Positions 25,900 through 40,092 of a DNA stretch of 64,000 nucleotides are shown here, piece by piece. The translations under genes were made by a program, and so were the position numbers. Each line of letters opens with the position of its first letter. Position 1 is the stretch's first letter. The notes beneath the pieces were generated by a model. It searched no databases and was not told the origin of the DNA. It saw nothing but the letters and a program-made list of their open reading frames with translations. The DNA lies in assembly GCF_018977255.1 (NCBI RefSeq), contig NW_024704742.1, forward strand, positions 104,038,001-104,102,000, given 5' to 3'. The stretch is from Callorhinchus milii (lineage: Eukaryota).

Positions 25900-26950
25900 T
25901 GGCAACAAAACTGGACACTGCTAGGTTTCCTTATCTTTGTTGCATCCCTGTTAGAAAGTCAGTCAATTTCCCTCCTACATTATAGGAAAAACATTTCTCC
26001 TCAAATTTTCCACAGAGCCTCAGGAATTTAGACAGTTATCAAAGCTCGCCATTGTCAACAAGATGTGCCATGCACTCTCCTGTACTAGTTTCCACAGCTG
26101 TCTTCCATGTTGTTACTGTTCTACTTAGGTCTTTCCAAACATTATTTCAACCCCATTTTAACCTCCCATACAGACTAGAGTCTCATGTTGTTATTTTGGA
26201 GTGTACCAACCTTCACCCCTTTGGCAAATGTGCTCACCTTTTTGCCATTGTCTCGTTATATGCTTCTCATCACTAGTGTGGCTTGCTTAGACTTCCCGGC
26301 TGACAGTATCCTCCCTTTACAGCATGTTCCAAAAGTATCCAGGCTGCTTTTGTGCCTTCATTAGAGTCCAGCTCTCAGCAATGTACAGAACTCTCAACAG
26401 GATACCAGCCTTACATCTAAGGCCAGCGTTACATCTTCAAACTCACCAGCACCCGGATCTCTACCTCCTAGTGCGCTGCTCATGACATGGTACTTGACAA
26501 TATTGAACAAGCTAAGCAACAAGATATGTGCCTGACAGACTTCTTTATTTTGAATAATCAACATTCTTCAATTTCACAAAGTTTATTCCGCCACACATTT
26601 TCATTCAAAGTCGGGTAATCTTTCCAGCTGTTCCAGAGTGCAAGCATATAGTTGATTAAACTTTCCCATTTGGTAGACTCCTGGTCAGTGCATGCATTTT
26701 CATCTGATGGCAGTGCTTTACATATGTAGGGAATTAGGGACATCATCCTATTCCATTGGAGAGCTGTGCTATCCTCCAATTTATTGTTGGAGGTATTCAC
26801 TTACAGAACATTTCTCAATAATACTTTACGGATTGTTCAAAATAGCACCCTGACTTATCTTCTCAATTGATAAACATGTTAGCTCTCTCCAGTACATCAT
26901 TGGGCACTACCTGTTAAATCTATAACAGTGCAGAATGCATTTCATCACCC
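25900..26950 (-). mobile_element. Highly degenerate RTE-clade LINE pieces
   Basis: EVCQAHILLLSLFNIVKYHVM resembles GVRQGCILSPxLFNI; LYIAESWTL resembles LYGAESWTL. Confidence 0.6.
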
Positions 26951-28705
26951 AGTTTGCCAATCCTTGTTTTCAGACTGTAGGAAATAAACCCTTGGGTTTA
27001 CAAAATTCTTTAGTATTAAATACAAATTTACATATACAGTGGAAGTTGTTCAGTCGTATGCAGGTAAATCAGACAAAACGCTCATGGGATTTGGAGGAAA
27101 GATGTGAGAAGTGACAGGTATGGAAATTTAATTTCACCTCTTTAAATAAAATACTGCATACAGTACATAAATACATCCTCATTAGTCCATTGGCACAGGA
27201 ACCAGGGGTGCTGGGAGTGCAGCAGCATGCCCGTGGCTTAAAATACATGGGTGTTATGCACCTACTGGTGCCGCTCCTCAGGCTGATATACACCCCAACC
27301 CGGCCATTCCCCGAGCTGTCATATCCCCCACTTCCATGCTCCTCATCACACAGACTGAGGTTGATCAGAGTGTGCAGTGAGGAGCTGCCTGCCGCCTGTG
27401 CAGCCAAGCTATCAAAAAGGTCATAAATTTTTAATAACACTTTGTTAAATCAGACATGGAAAATTCACAGACAAACAGAAAATTACAGAATCAGTGGCAT
27501 TTTTTCCATGGTGACAAACCTGCAGTCCGAATTATTGTTGTCTGGATCTTATTGACCCTATAGGTTAAAATAGAACTACAAGCAGTAGCCCCTTTCGTGA
27601 GTTTACCAACTTGCAAACATTAATCGCATGGTGCCTGGAGGGTGTGAGTGTGAAGAAAAGTACTTTTCTCCAGCCATAGATTCAAACTAGGTCACATTTC
27701 CAATTTACTGATAGATGTGAAATAATACAACCAGCTCAGCAGTTAATCCACGAGAAAATCTTTTGGAAATCAACAGCGAAGCTACCAGGAAGCTATGCAA
27801 TAGCACAGAAAACATTGAATTATATCCTCTTCTCAGCAGCGTGGAATAAACTGACATTACATAAACGTTACTTCCCAAACACAAAAGCAGAAGTTTATAT
27901 TATGCTGCTTAATAATCTTCCCCTTCCCCAAAATATTCTTCCCCTCCTCTCTTGAAGGCACTGACTCACCTGCAGTTCGAAGGGTGCCTCTAGTGCTACA
28001 TAAATGTGTGAACCTTGACATTGTGCATTGACAAGCTGTGGGAAATACCTGTTCTGGTTCACACCAAAATGTACAAATTTGTTCTTTTCCCAAAAAATTC
28101 TAATTCCAAAACATGTCCAAAATATTATTAATGTGTGGGAATAACATCAAATTATAGTTAACATCCGATTTGATCAAGTGTTCCATCCGGGAAATTCCAC
28201 TCCCTTTATTTTCTCCTGAAAATGGCTTTCTGTTTCTGCACCAAGACAGACCTCAAACTCCCCAAATGGCACTTACCACTTTGTCACATACCACAAATCA
28301 GCTCGGCGAATCTTATGCATAACATTTTAAAAATAAAGCCATTGATTCAACTTGCTGAAATTGTAAAAATATAACCACTTTAAGCCGCATTCATCAATCC
28401 GTAAAACAACTGATGCACCACGTGCTGGGTTAGCCTCCTCAAATAAAAGCACTCTTGAAAAAGTCATGAGGTAGAAAGGAAATCAATCATAAAGTCACAT
28501 CATAGATCACATCCCACCAGTGCTGCTGCAGGATACAATGTATTTACTTGTTACAACTACTCAAAACATCACAACACTCATTTTATATGCACTCACATGA
28601 CACCAGAAACAGTTTGACAAAATGAGACAACAGTAGCTCTGTTGTGCTGATAATGTCACAATATTTTTTTAAAAAATCTTGCCACAAACCACTTTAATCT
28701 TTAAT

Positions 28706-28902
28706 ACAGAATTACACAGAAGGTACAGCATGAAAACAGACCAGTTGTGCCAGTTTTCAGACTCTACAGGAGCCTCCACTCCTCATAATCCCATGTGTTC
28801 CCTTCTCCCTCAGGTATAAATAGAGTTCTCTCTTGTATACCTCAATGCTTTCTGCCTCGACCATAGCTTCTGGTAGTGAGTTCCACATTTTACTAACCTC
28901 TG
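28706..28902 (-). mobile_element. Old CR1 3' fragment
   Basis: acagaattacacagaaggtacagc...tggtagtgagttccacattttactaacctctg. Confidence 0.6.
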
Positions 28903-29572
28903 CTTAGGCGGAGGATGTTATGCTTAGGCATATGTTTGCAGCTCTCAACTGGATGAGGTTTTGTTCTCTGTCAAGAAACCATTTGCAATTGTAGGGCGCC
29001 TTTCCTGCAGAGCGAATGTGTCAAAGTGATTGACAGAAAAAAAGTACTGAGCAAGCAGGAACAAAAGGATGTTAGGATGCTGATCAAACTTTAAGGCCCA
29101 TTTTAATTCTCAGAGCAGGAACATGGATAATTGAGAGCAACAGATAACAAAACTTAATTTGTACTATGTGTTGATGCAGCAGGGCAGTGCTGTAATGCAC
29201 AACATAATCAAACTGAGAAACATTAAGATGATTTTGAAGGCAGAGAACGAAGCAAGAGAAATATCTGAAAGAGAATTCCAGGGATAACACGGTAGTTGAA
29301 GGCTCAGCCACCAAAAACTGGAGCAGGAGGAGTGGGGAGAGAGCCATAGAGCAGAAGCAATTTGAGAAACACTGAGCAAAAATGTAGCTGTTTCCACATA
29401 GAAAAGCAAAGAAAAAAAACTAAACTTAATTTAAAATTAAACACTAAAAGCTGAAACACTCATGTCCAGTTACAGAACACTAATGTTGCAGAAGTGGAAT
29501 TTGCAATATGCCTGTCTATTTCCTGCCATGTTGGAATGGAGGGGGAGTGATGGGGGGAGAACCTCAAACAGG

Positions 29573-30112
29573 GAACAACAAAAATAAATTACATTTGTAT
29601 AGCCTCTTTCACTTCAGGAGGACATCCCAAGGCGCTGGAGAGTCAGGGATTTGGACCTGGGCTGGGGGTTGGGATAATTAAATAATAATAAATCTTGCAT
29701 TTGATACAGCGTCTTCAAGACACCTCAAAGCCCTTCCCAGAATATATACTCTAAAGTGAATTGACTGTATATTTTGTGGGTGAAACGCAGCAGCCAATTG
29801 CGCACAGCAGTGTCCCATAAATAGTCGTCAATTTTTTTAGAAGTAATTATTACCCCAGGAAAAGTGATCCGCCAATCGAGTAACAACCGGGTTCCTTCTT
29901 ACTGTTAGTTAAACAGAGACACGTGGAGTAAGGAAACTTGCCCAACATTTTGCCCTGCTGGGAATAGAACCCAGGTCTCTTGCTTGCAAGGCGAGTGCTC
30001 TAACTACTGAGCTACAGGACTCAGTAGAGGGGGAGGGCAGGGCGAGTAAGGATAAGAGGGTGACTGAAGGTGCTGTCAAAGAGGAGGGTCTTGAGATGAG
30101 CCTTGAAAGAGA
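29573..30112 (-). mobile_element. L2 3' end interrupted by a SINE at 29676-30022
   Basis: The two flanks joined are collinear with the uninterrupted copy at 62449-62632. Confidence 0.8.
29676..30022 (-). mobile_element. tRNA-derived SINE, long form, nested in an L2
   Basis: Collinear with 6435-6801. Confidence 0.9.
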
Positions 30113-31469
30113 CAAAGTAATACATAAAAGCAGAGATTTACAGCACAGGAGACTATTCATATTACCGAATCTACACCAGCTATCAGAGCAAGGCGTTCAT
30201 TCATTCCCACTGCCCTGGCCCACCCCCATGCCCCTTCAAACCTCCAAATACAAAAAAATCTTATATTTGATATAGCGCTTTTCACATCAGGAGGATGTCT
30301 CAAAGCACTTCACAGGATATACAATAAGGTGGAGTGAACATGGACCAGGGTTTGAACCAACAAGTTGCTGGTCTGTATCCTGCAGCTCTATCTACTACAT
30401 CATCAGGTCTATCGATGGTATACGACAAGTAGACAATAACTAAAAACAATCAACACAATTTTTATTAAAAGTGTAGCAAAATGGTAGAACACAAAAATTT
30501 ACTTTCAAGGCAAAATATACTCAGCCTAATTAATCCAAATTCAGAAAAAAAATGCAAAAGCTACAAAATTAGGAATCAGTATCGCAAGTAGCTGATATAC
30601 TATTGCTATCTCACCCACCCTCCCAGTGCCCATAAGTCACTATAAATTGTAAACAATCATTTGTTCAACAATAACAGAACACAAATGCTACCTTACACTG
30701 AATCACCTGTTCTGAAAAATAAGTCTATTCATTCCCCGCCATTGAATGATGAAATCATACAGCAGGTTCCATTGCCTGTTGAACTGGCAAAAATGTTTAA
30801 GCCATTTTACACTGACCCATCGTAGCTTTCCATAACAGTAGGTGGTTTCAACTCAATTCTTCAGACCTACAAAAATGTCACTGAAGCATTCTACATTTTT
30901 GTAGAAAAACAAGGTCCAATTTTCTGCAGCTCGGCAAGATTTAGAAATGCTGCAAATGCTGTATTAGTGAGGATTACAAGGTATTTTCAGCAAAACCTAA
31001 AAGTCTTTAATCATAGTGTATTAAGACCATTGAAAATGCTTTCAGTTTCAATCCTTTCATGCGTGGCACAGAGGGTTACTGAGGATTTCACTCACAACTG
31101 GAAGCCTAGGACTGTCAATCACTCAATTCAATTAGAATTCTATCCATTCGCAGAAGAGAAGTGCGATGCTCTGCCTTTGGCAGGGAGAGGGTGGGAGAGA
31201 CAAAAGCTAACATTTTCCAATGAGCGCTGCTTGAACCCAGCCTCCTGCTGTCCAACAATAGAGCTGCACTGATGGCAATCAAAGAGTTCTGCAGTCCTGC
31301 TATCCCACCCTCGCAGTTGGAAAAGACAGGCTTTTGTTCCTTTTTCCCCTACAGTATTTGCAGCAGAGGCAAAACTAAGGAAAATAGACTGATGGTCATG
31401 TAAAATTAAAAACAAAAATGTAAAATGTAAAATCTATTCAACAGCAAACTGTTAAAATATACTTTGGTT

Positions 31470-32486
31470 CCTCTTCAATATCTATTTGCTCCCTCTTGGT
31501 GACATCATCTGCAGACATGGGGTCGACTTCCACATGTATGCAGATGACACCCAACTCTATCTCTCTGCCTCCAGCCTTGACTCCAGGACCACTGCTGTCC
31601 TGACAGAATGTGTCAGACATCAAGTCCTGGATGAGAGCTAACTTTCTCAGTTGAACGTCAACAAGACCGAGGCTCTCCTGATTGGCTCCCGTCAGCGCCT
31701 CCACTCCTCAGGCGCTGACAGCATCACCATCCATGGTGCACACTCCACCTACTGAGCCAGTCCGGGACCTTGGGGTCTTGTTTGATCCTCAACTATCCTT
31801 TCTATCCCACATCTGCGCCATGACCCGCTCTGTCTTCCCCCACCTCCGCACATCACCCGGCTTTGCCACTGTCTCACACCACAGGCCACCGAAACCCTCA
31901 TACACACATTCATAACATCCTGGGTCGACTACACAAACTCCCTGCTTGTCGGCCTCCCCACCTCCTCCCTCCATAGGCTGCAGCTCATCCAGAACTCTGC
32001 AGCCTGTGTCCTTTCCGCACCAGGCTCTGTGACCCTATCACCCCCCATCCTCGCCCAATTCCACTGGCTTCCCATCACCCTGAGGATACAGTTCCACATC
32101 CTGGTCCTCACCTTCAAAGCCCTCCATGGCCTTTCTCCCCCTCTACCTCTGCAATCTCCTATCCCCCTACCAACCTACCCGCTCCCTCTGCTCAGGGGGC
32201 TCCGGCCTGCTTCATGTCCCCGCCTCCCCCCCGCCACCATTGGTAGCCCAGCCTTCAGCCACTCTGCCCCCACCCTCTGGAACACCATCCCGCCTCGCCC
32301 CTTCCCTTGCCTCCTTCGAGACCCTCCTCTTCACCCATGCCTTCGATCACCCTTCTTCCTTCCTTGCCCTCCACCCTCCCCGATCCCGAACCGTGCAGCT
32401 CAGGCCCGAAACACTGATTCTCCAGCATCTTGCAATGTCCTCCCAACATGAAAGGCACTATACAAAACGTAATTTTGTTGTTGTTG
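31470..32486 (+). mobile_element. L2 LINE, 5'-truncated, second subfamily
   Basis: Codes YADDTQLY and FHWLP; L2 tail ending in ttgttgttg. Confidence 0.9.
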
Positions 32487-34071
32487 CTTACGACAGGGAA
32501 AATATATATTTAGATTACATTAAGTTATTTCTAGTTGAAACTGCACCAGTGACTTTTTTTTAACTTCAAAATACATTAGGATGAAAATGCATTCCCAGTA
32601 GGATGAAATGACAGGAAAAGCTGGGAACATTGTGTTTCAAAACTAGACTAAATTATTACCAAAAATAGTCACCCCACTTTACAGAAACAAGTGAAGCACT
32701 ATCATGTTTCAACATAATTAGGGGTTATATCCAATACAAATATTAAAGAAACATTGCATAGAGATAAAATCTGAGCTTGCAATGGCAGCACTGTACCAAT
32801 TAAATAGTTTTATAAATGTTTTCACCAAGCTTATAATAATAATCCTTGCAATTGATACAGAGCTTTATCACATCACTCCAAATCTTTCTAAAAATACCAA
32901 AGTCTACCATACAAAAATCAATTTTAACATTAAATCTCATGACCTAATTTATAGCACAAAAAGAAAATCTGCACAGTTTCTATATAATCTCTTCTGTACT
33001 GGAACACGATTTCCATCAAAACCTTTTTTTGTTGCTCATTCATGAAGACATCACACAAATATTTTCAAATTCTAAAACAGAAGGCAATGCAAAATGGAGG
33101 ACAAATAATGTCACATATCCTTATAACCTCTCTAGTATACCTGGACGAAAAAAATATATTTCCTGCAGTAGAATTTCAGTGTAATGTGAATATTGTTTTT
33201 ATCAGTGTTTGCTTACAAAATATGCAGACATTAAACCTTACAGCATATCATGTGAAGCTCCTTGAGATGTTCTCCTGGTGTGAAATACACTATATCAAAT
33301 GTAAGGATTATTTATTATTATAGTATAATTGTAGAAACTGACCTGTGAACGGGATTCTGCTATTATATGGGTGAAGGGCTGAATTATATTTTCGGATTAT
33401 TGAAGCGGTCCGCATTCTGTATTGTACACATCTTAGTGGAAAACCTGCTCCACTTTGTTGTTTTAAAGCATTCAAAATGCATTTGTGCCTTAAAACAATT
33501 ATAAAAAAAGTGGTACAATCTTAGATTATAATTTAGGATCTTTCAAAATAATATTAGAATTTGCTTCTCAATGCGTCTCCAGCTGATGCAATGAAAGCAA
33601 ACAATACAGTGATTGTGGCATCAAACATTGCTTCAGAGTGGTAAACATGCTCTTCATATTCAAACAAAATAATTCTTACATGTTGAAGTGAGTATTATAG
33701 ACCTTTTATAAAATAGAAATTCACTCTTAATTCAAAATCTCCAAATTGTTCTAGCTATAATGAAATATACGATACTTAAAATGCTAAATTATACGGCCTG
33801 TGCAATAACCGTTAATTACTTCACTCTAACCATCTCTGCTGACAGGATGATCACTACCTGTAATGTAAATGACAACGCTATGTGAAAGTTTTTGAGTGGG
33901 CGAATTTCTCCAATTAGTGGCATGAGAATAACACGCACCAGCCCGTAATAAAAATAAGATATCTTCCAAAGAGATTTTGATGCACTGTGATCCGACTAAC
34001 TTTCAAATTCACATTTACAACTGACCAATGGGAAACAGCGTGTAACAGCGTGTATCAAAACAGTCCAGCCA

Positions 34072-34319
34072 AATAATAATAATTATCCTTGAATTTGATA
34101 TAGAACTTTTCACGTCTTCTAGACGTCTCAAAGTGCTTCACAGGTCCCTGGAAAAGCGATCCACCAATCGACTAACAACAGGGTTACTACTTACTGCTAG
34201 GTAAACAGAGGTGTGTGGCGTAAGGAAACTTGCCCAACATTTCGCCCTGCTGGGAATAGAACCCAGGTCTCTCGCTTGCGAGGTGAGACCTCTAACCACT
34301 GAGCTACCGGACGGACTCC
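34072..34319 (-). mobile_element. tRNA-derived SINE, long form with internal deletion
   Basis: Head and centre join directly to the tail at cttcacag|gtccctgg. Confidence 0.9.
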
Positions 34320-37300
34320 ATAATGGCAATAATCAGCAAGCATCTGCTCATCACACATAGGTCGACACATGCATTAGGTGATTGTTTTTTGGATTTCAAG
34401 ATAAGCTTTGTCAAAAACAGCATTTCAAGCAGTTCAATCCTCCCTATACACTGCAAGCAATACTGTATATGAAAAACATTAGCTAAGAGAATCGTTTAAT
34501 AATAATGGAAAGCCATCTGTTGCTACCCAGAAGATCAGAATAATAAAAACAAACAGTGGAATGGTATCATTGTGTTAAATTTAAATTTGTCAGTACTTTG
34601 ATGGAAAAAAGAGAAATTAGTTACATTAGAAATTAATCACATGGTACACCATTCTCTGACTATAAAGCAAAGTACTAACAAAAACCCTCTCTCTGTGTCT
34701 TGCAACATGTTAGTGTTTCATTAAGATTAAAAGTCTGTTTAATAAATGGAGCTTGAACAATTTGACTTGGTTTTGCTGTGCCTTTCTGATAATTTTTCGA
34801 ACAGTAAGAAGACGTTAAGACTTTGCCTACACAATGTGCTATATTAAATGCAAATATTCAATACCATCATTCCCTTTTTGATTAAATCAATAATTTAGGC
34901 CCCGTCAATCTCGTGATTCAGATGGATACGAGATGTGACCCCTTAAGCTGCTGCATTTGCCTTCATAACATTCAGTTTCTCTTCAGTTAATTTCATTCTG
35001 TAAAGCACTTTGAGGTGTTTCTTTTACGTGAAGGGCGCTACATAAAATTAAGTTGCTGCTGGTATCATTCAAGAAATCCAACTATAACCAAGATTAACCT
35101 CCAGACAAATACTATTTTCTTCAACACCAGTGTAAAATTACTTCTACGATTGCTTATCTAAAATGAAGCTTTTATATTATTTTAATAAAGCATTTCAGAT
35201 TAAGAAAAGAAAATGTGTTTAATTCAGTTAATTGTTCAAGAGGACGGTGACCATTGGAGTTTCATTCAGACTACAGAGAACATGAATAAAAAAAACTTGT
35301 GGGACAGGACAAGACACAATGAATAATGCATTACATTGCGCTACATATGCCAAGCATGAAAATGGTTGTTATAGCAAAATTACCACCATGATATTACAGT
35401 AATAGTAAAAAAAGTTTATAGATAAGCAATACAAAATAATTAGCAATAATCACAGAAAAACTGGATTTTAATTCTCCATGTGGTTTTAAATTGAGAATGA
35501 AACTGGACATTTTGAAGAAAGAAATTATATGTAACTGTTTCTTCCAAGTGTGCTGCTTGCACACATTTGAGAAAATCTCCTAAAGAGACAAAGCAAGCAT
35601 GGTCAATGGAATTAACAGGAAAATAGAAGCATGAAGAATAAATGAATATCCTGCTTCCACATGGAGATTTACAGGTATTCTGTTAATGTTTTTACGAATG
35701 GCTATTACACACTGACATTCAGATAATCACACCTTTTAATCATACAGCTGAAAACTAAAGGATGTGCACAAAAAGGCACCCTAAAGAATGAAAAATAAAA
35801 GGTGTTTAATAGAAAACAGCATATAAAAAGTTAAAGATCTTAAGAAAATGTGCTGTTAAAATAAATTAGCTCCATCGTAGTACAGTTACTGATCTGGAAA
35901 CCAAGGGCAACTGCAGAAGGAAACCATTTGTAGATGCATCTTTCAGTCCTTTTATTTGGCCTTTTCACAACTGCCAGTAAATTGGTGACACAAATAGCAA
36001 AGATAGCTGGGAAACCCATTGAGAAGCTTTCTTCTGCCTCAATGCTTTAGCCTAGAGAACAATAAGCTACCACTTAGGTATTGCAAGACCTGTCAAAAAC
36101 TGTTACCCATTAAATAAAGTAGTTTTTAATCTTTTTATATAATTCCTGAATCTACTTTAAATTAACTCTGAGGTATCTTAATAAAAGTGTGTGTATGTGT
36201 GTATAAAGAATGAAATAAAATTTAAAAATCAATGTGCATTTACAACTTTTTTTTTGGAGACTCAGATCAATAAAACATTATTTTATACCACTTAAAAAGT
36301 GCCATTTTTAAAATCTGAATAAAAGTAGAAAAGAAACAAAAACAATAGCCCATTAATAGTGGATTAATTTTATTCTTCAATGGACCATTTCTTTAACAAA
36401 TTATTCCTGGAGACTATATGGACCAAAAATTAACTTTTATATTTTATAGCCGTTATAATTTTAGCAGTCTGACTGCTAAATATCACTGATCTCAATCCAT
36501 TGCGGATTAACTCTCAAAGTATACTGTTAAATAATTGCGTTGATCTTGTCCCCATGGTAATGAATTAACGTGTTCAGAGCTTGTAGCTTTAAAGTCATAC
36601 ACCATTTTCATGCTTCCCAAATCTGCTGCATTTCTTGATGTATCCAACAAGTTTATTAAAACAAAAGTCGTAATGATCTTTTGTTCTATTAAAATTGGGA
36701 CTAGCAGCATGGCACTTACTGTGACAATGACTAGAACTAATTCAGATACATGCTGTTGCGGGGTACCAGCTGTAATTGTACTAGGTATGCTTTTCATCAC
36801 AGTGTGGAGAGAGCTAGAATGGAGCAGAATATCTTAAGTTGAATACAGTAAACTAATAATAAAAGCTTCTGCAAAACAAGTGCTTAAGTTTCAATGCATA
36901 CAAGCAAGCCAAATACAGAAAATGGGTTGGTGCAAACAGTTTTTGCCCACATTGCTAGCATACTACTAGGAAACTAAATTAAAAGGGACACTTACATTAT
37001 GTGCTGGAATTCTGAAAAGCTGCAGAGTTGCAAAATTAGACAGTTTTCTTTGCAGTGAGAGAACTCCTGTACTTTTTGCAATACTGTGTACTTGATTTAC
37101 ATTTAATTGCATTCTAAAATATAATTTTTATTCAAGAGTCTCAATTAATTGGGACCACATTTATGTATAATAAAAAATAAGAAGTTAATGAATGAGTCAT
37201 TAGATACATTATGTGCTCTAGCATTTTATATCCATATAAATGTATATAACATCCCAATAAATGGATCTAAACATAAAAGCCTGAGTTACCAGGATAGCAG

Positions 37301-38495
37301 TCATCAAAGGAACCTCCCTTAAACCACAATCAGTATCGACAAAACCCTACAAATTTCTTTGCAATTCTTTCTCCTTCCCCCACTCTCAACGTTAAAGTAT
37401 TCAGAAGCCTGCTCCTGATCCTTCCAGTCTCATAATATTATCTTTCTCTCATTTTATGCTCACAGCGTAATAGCCATTTGTCTGTCCCAAATATCCATAT
37501 CGGACTAATCCTTTGAAGCCCTGATAATTAAGTTTAAGACTCTGGTAGAAATTTGTTCTCCTTGTCAAATAAAGAGCCTGACGAGATCTTGGGGTCTTTC
37601 TCAGCGTCGTCTTCATCAAGATGAGAATACCCTAGTCCTAACTTATATAAAGTTTCTATGTGACTATTAATTGAACCAGGCAGGTGTTCGTTGCAAATAA
37701 ATTTGTTATTGTTGCAATATTTCAATTCTTCTATGAAAAGTATGATGTTGACTGTGATTTTCTGGATTATTTTATTTTCATCTTTGCTTGCGTTTTTCTT
37801 GAAAAATCCCCCAAATAACCTGTTTAAAAATCTTAATGTTTTGTTTAAAAATTTCAAAACCACTTTTAATAAAATTAGTATTTTAATACCTTGTTTTTAG
37901 TTAAACCTGAAATAAACAAGCTGTTAATTAGATTTTTAGCAATTGAGTGATCACGCTGATCATATATTTCAACACCAAGTTTATCAGACTTTAAAAATCA
38001 ATTCCTAGATTCTGAAAACGTTTGGTGATGTGGGTTTTACAATGCCTGAATTAATTAACTTCCTCCTACTTTCTTATTATATTAAGCTTGCTTATTTTTG
38101 TGTTTTACATGAATGCTTAACCTTTTTTATTTTTTTATCTAGTTTATTAGATGACATAATAGGATTTGATACTGATGCTCAATGATGTTGAAATAAACAA
38201 GCAGGCAAGTGAACACAGCACCTTGTGAGTGAAGTGAAGGTGATGTGACATTAACAGGCTGCTCCATCGCGTGCTTATAGCCTTCTTTACTGGCGGATAT
38301 GCTCATAGAATATTAATGAGCTGTGAGTTATGAGATGCAGTTAAATGCAGTTAGGGAAATACTCATTTAGATTAAACAGAACTATTTTCTTTTGTAAGAT
38401 AGATTGATCTAGCCACTTGTATTCCAATAAAGCAAGTAAAAAAAAGTGCAGCCTTCCTGAATTCAATTCGCCTTCATAATATAGTCACACTACAA

Positions 38496-38787
38496 CCTTT
38501 GGATGAGACGTTAAACGAGGTCCCATCTGTCAGATCAAATGGATGTTAAAGATTCCATGGCACAATTTGAAAAGAGAAGTGAGTTTCTTCCGGTCTACTG
38601 GTCAACCATCCCCGCCAAATAAAATTGATTACTCACTCCATGGTTGTTTGTGGGACACTGCTGTCCGCAACTGTCCGCCGCGTTTCGCCCATAAAATATT
38701 AATCCATTTTATAGTATATCGTGGGAAGGGCTTTGAGACAGCTCAATGACATGATAATATGTTACATCAAATTCAAGGATTGTTGTT
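38496..38787 (+). mobile_element. DeuSINE-type element (Deu domain plus tail)
   Basis: ggatgagacgttaaacgaggtcc...ggatgttaaagattccatggcac resembles the Deu domain as recalled. Confidence 0.75.
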
Positions 38788-38939
38788 TTAACAGTAACTC
38801 CTGTGAAGTACTGAAATATTTTGATTACATAATTAAGGCACTGTAGTTAATGCAAGGATTATTAGCATGTATGATTCTCTCATTCATACAAGCAACTGAA
38901 AAATTACTTTCCCCTGATGAATTAGGCACTACGTAATGC

Positions 38940-39295
38940 ATCGCCAGACCATATATATCAGAAATGTTCAGGTCTGAATCCATAATTGAGTGGAGTTAGC
39001 TGATCTCAGCAAGAGCAGCAGTGGGGTGTTTTAATTGGTCTCAGCACTTCTGGCTAGTTAGGGAAAAAATATCCAAGGTTCCTAACCCGATTACTATCTA
39101 TAGACCTCTAATGGCGAATGTTGGGTGAGGACACGATTGGGCTTGGCTGAGATACTGCCTGAGGTTGAATGATTCACCAAAACTCACTGTTAAGGCTCAT
39201 ACATGAATAATGACCACTTGAATGAGGTATCTGAAATCAACCCTATGGCAGTAAAACAAAGGCGAGAAATGCCTTTAGGAGAGGGGAGAAAACTG
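38940..39295 (+). mobile_element. AmnSINE2-like SINE
   Basis: gagttagctgatctcagc, gggtgaggacacgattgggcttggctg and ctcactgttaaggctcatacatgaataatgaccacttg match the AmnSINE2 consensus as recalled. Confidence 0.65.
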
Positions 39296-39928
39296 AAGAA
39301 AAATTGACAAGAGAAAATGTACTGGAGAATTGCCATCGTGGATTATACGGTAATAAAGTGTAGTATAATAAACCTAGAGCAGCATTGAGCCACTGTATTT
39401 TTTGAGAATTTATATTAATGGAACATCAATTGCAACATCACAATAAAAATATTTTCTTCTAACATAGATTTGACTCTTTTGTGGTTCGAGAGTACAACTC
39501 ACAATATAATAAACACACAAGTTACTTTGCTTGCGCAACAATACTTCTTTAAAAAAATGATTTCCATAAACATATTCTATCAGTTCATAAAATGTTCAAA
39601 CAAATCCTGTTGAAATGAAAATGAAAAATGACTCAATGGTATCTTTTGTTGTAACAATGTTTGCTACAATTGCTGGGAGTCCAATTACTGGCCTAAGCCT
39701 AGGATAGAAACCATTAAACATAGCTGAGGAGAAAGTGAGTCGCTCTAATAATTTGCTGTTGCTATGAGAACAACCAAGGACCAAAACTGCAATCATTATA
39801 TTTGATACACTGTAAATTAAAACATTGCACCCCAAATGTCACCACTAGGTCTGGGATGTACAAAACTCAGAAGGCAATTAATTAATTCTATGGCTTTCAG
39901 AAGGGTCTAAACACCTTCTTAATTAATA

Positions 39929-40092
39929 CTGTAAACTCCTGTTAACTCATCATTCCAAGAGAAAAGGGCACAGTGGCAAGTTATCCAGAACAGCGAGTTA
40001 GGCACATGTACATAAATAAATGCCGCCAGGATAATGATGACTTATGTGGTAGCGACAAGTGAAGCAAAGGTTGAGTTATCAGGAGTTTACTG
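39929..40092. mobile_element. 164-bp Tc1/mariner-pogo (Tigger-like) MITE
   Basis: TA|ctgtaaactcctgttaactca ... tgagttatcaggagtttactg|TA: 21-bp TIR with 2 mismatches and TA flanks. Confidence 0.8.

Noticed and set aside
27069..27440. 123-aa minus-strand ORF
   Set aside because: Non-ATG start, no homology, no convincing splice pair.
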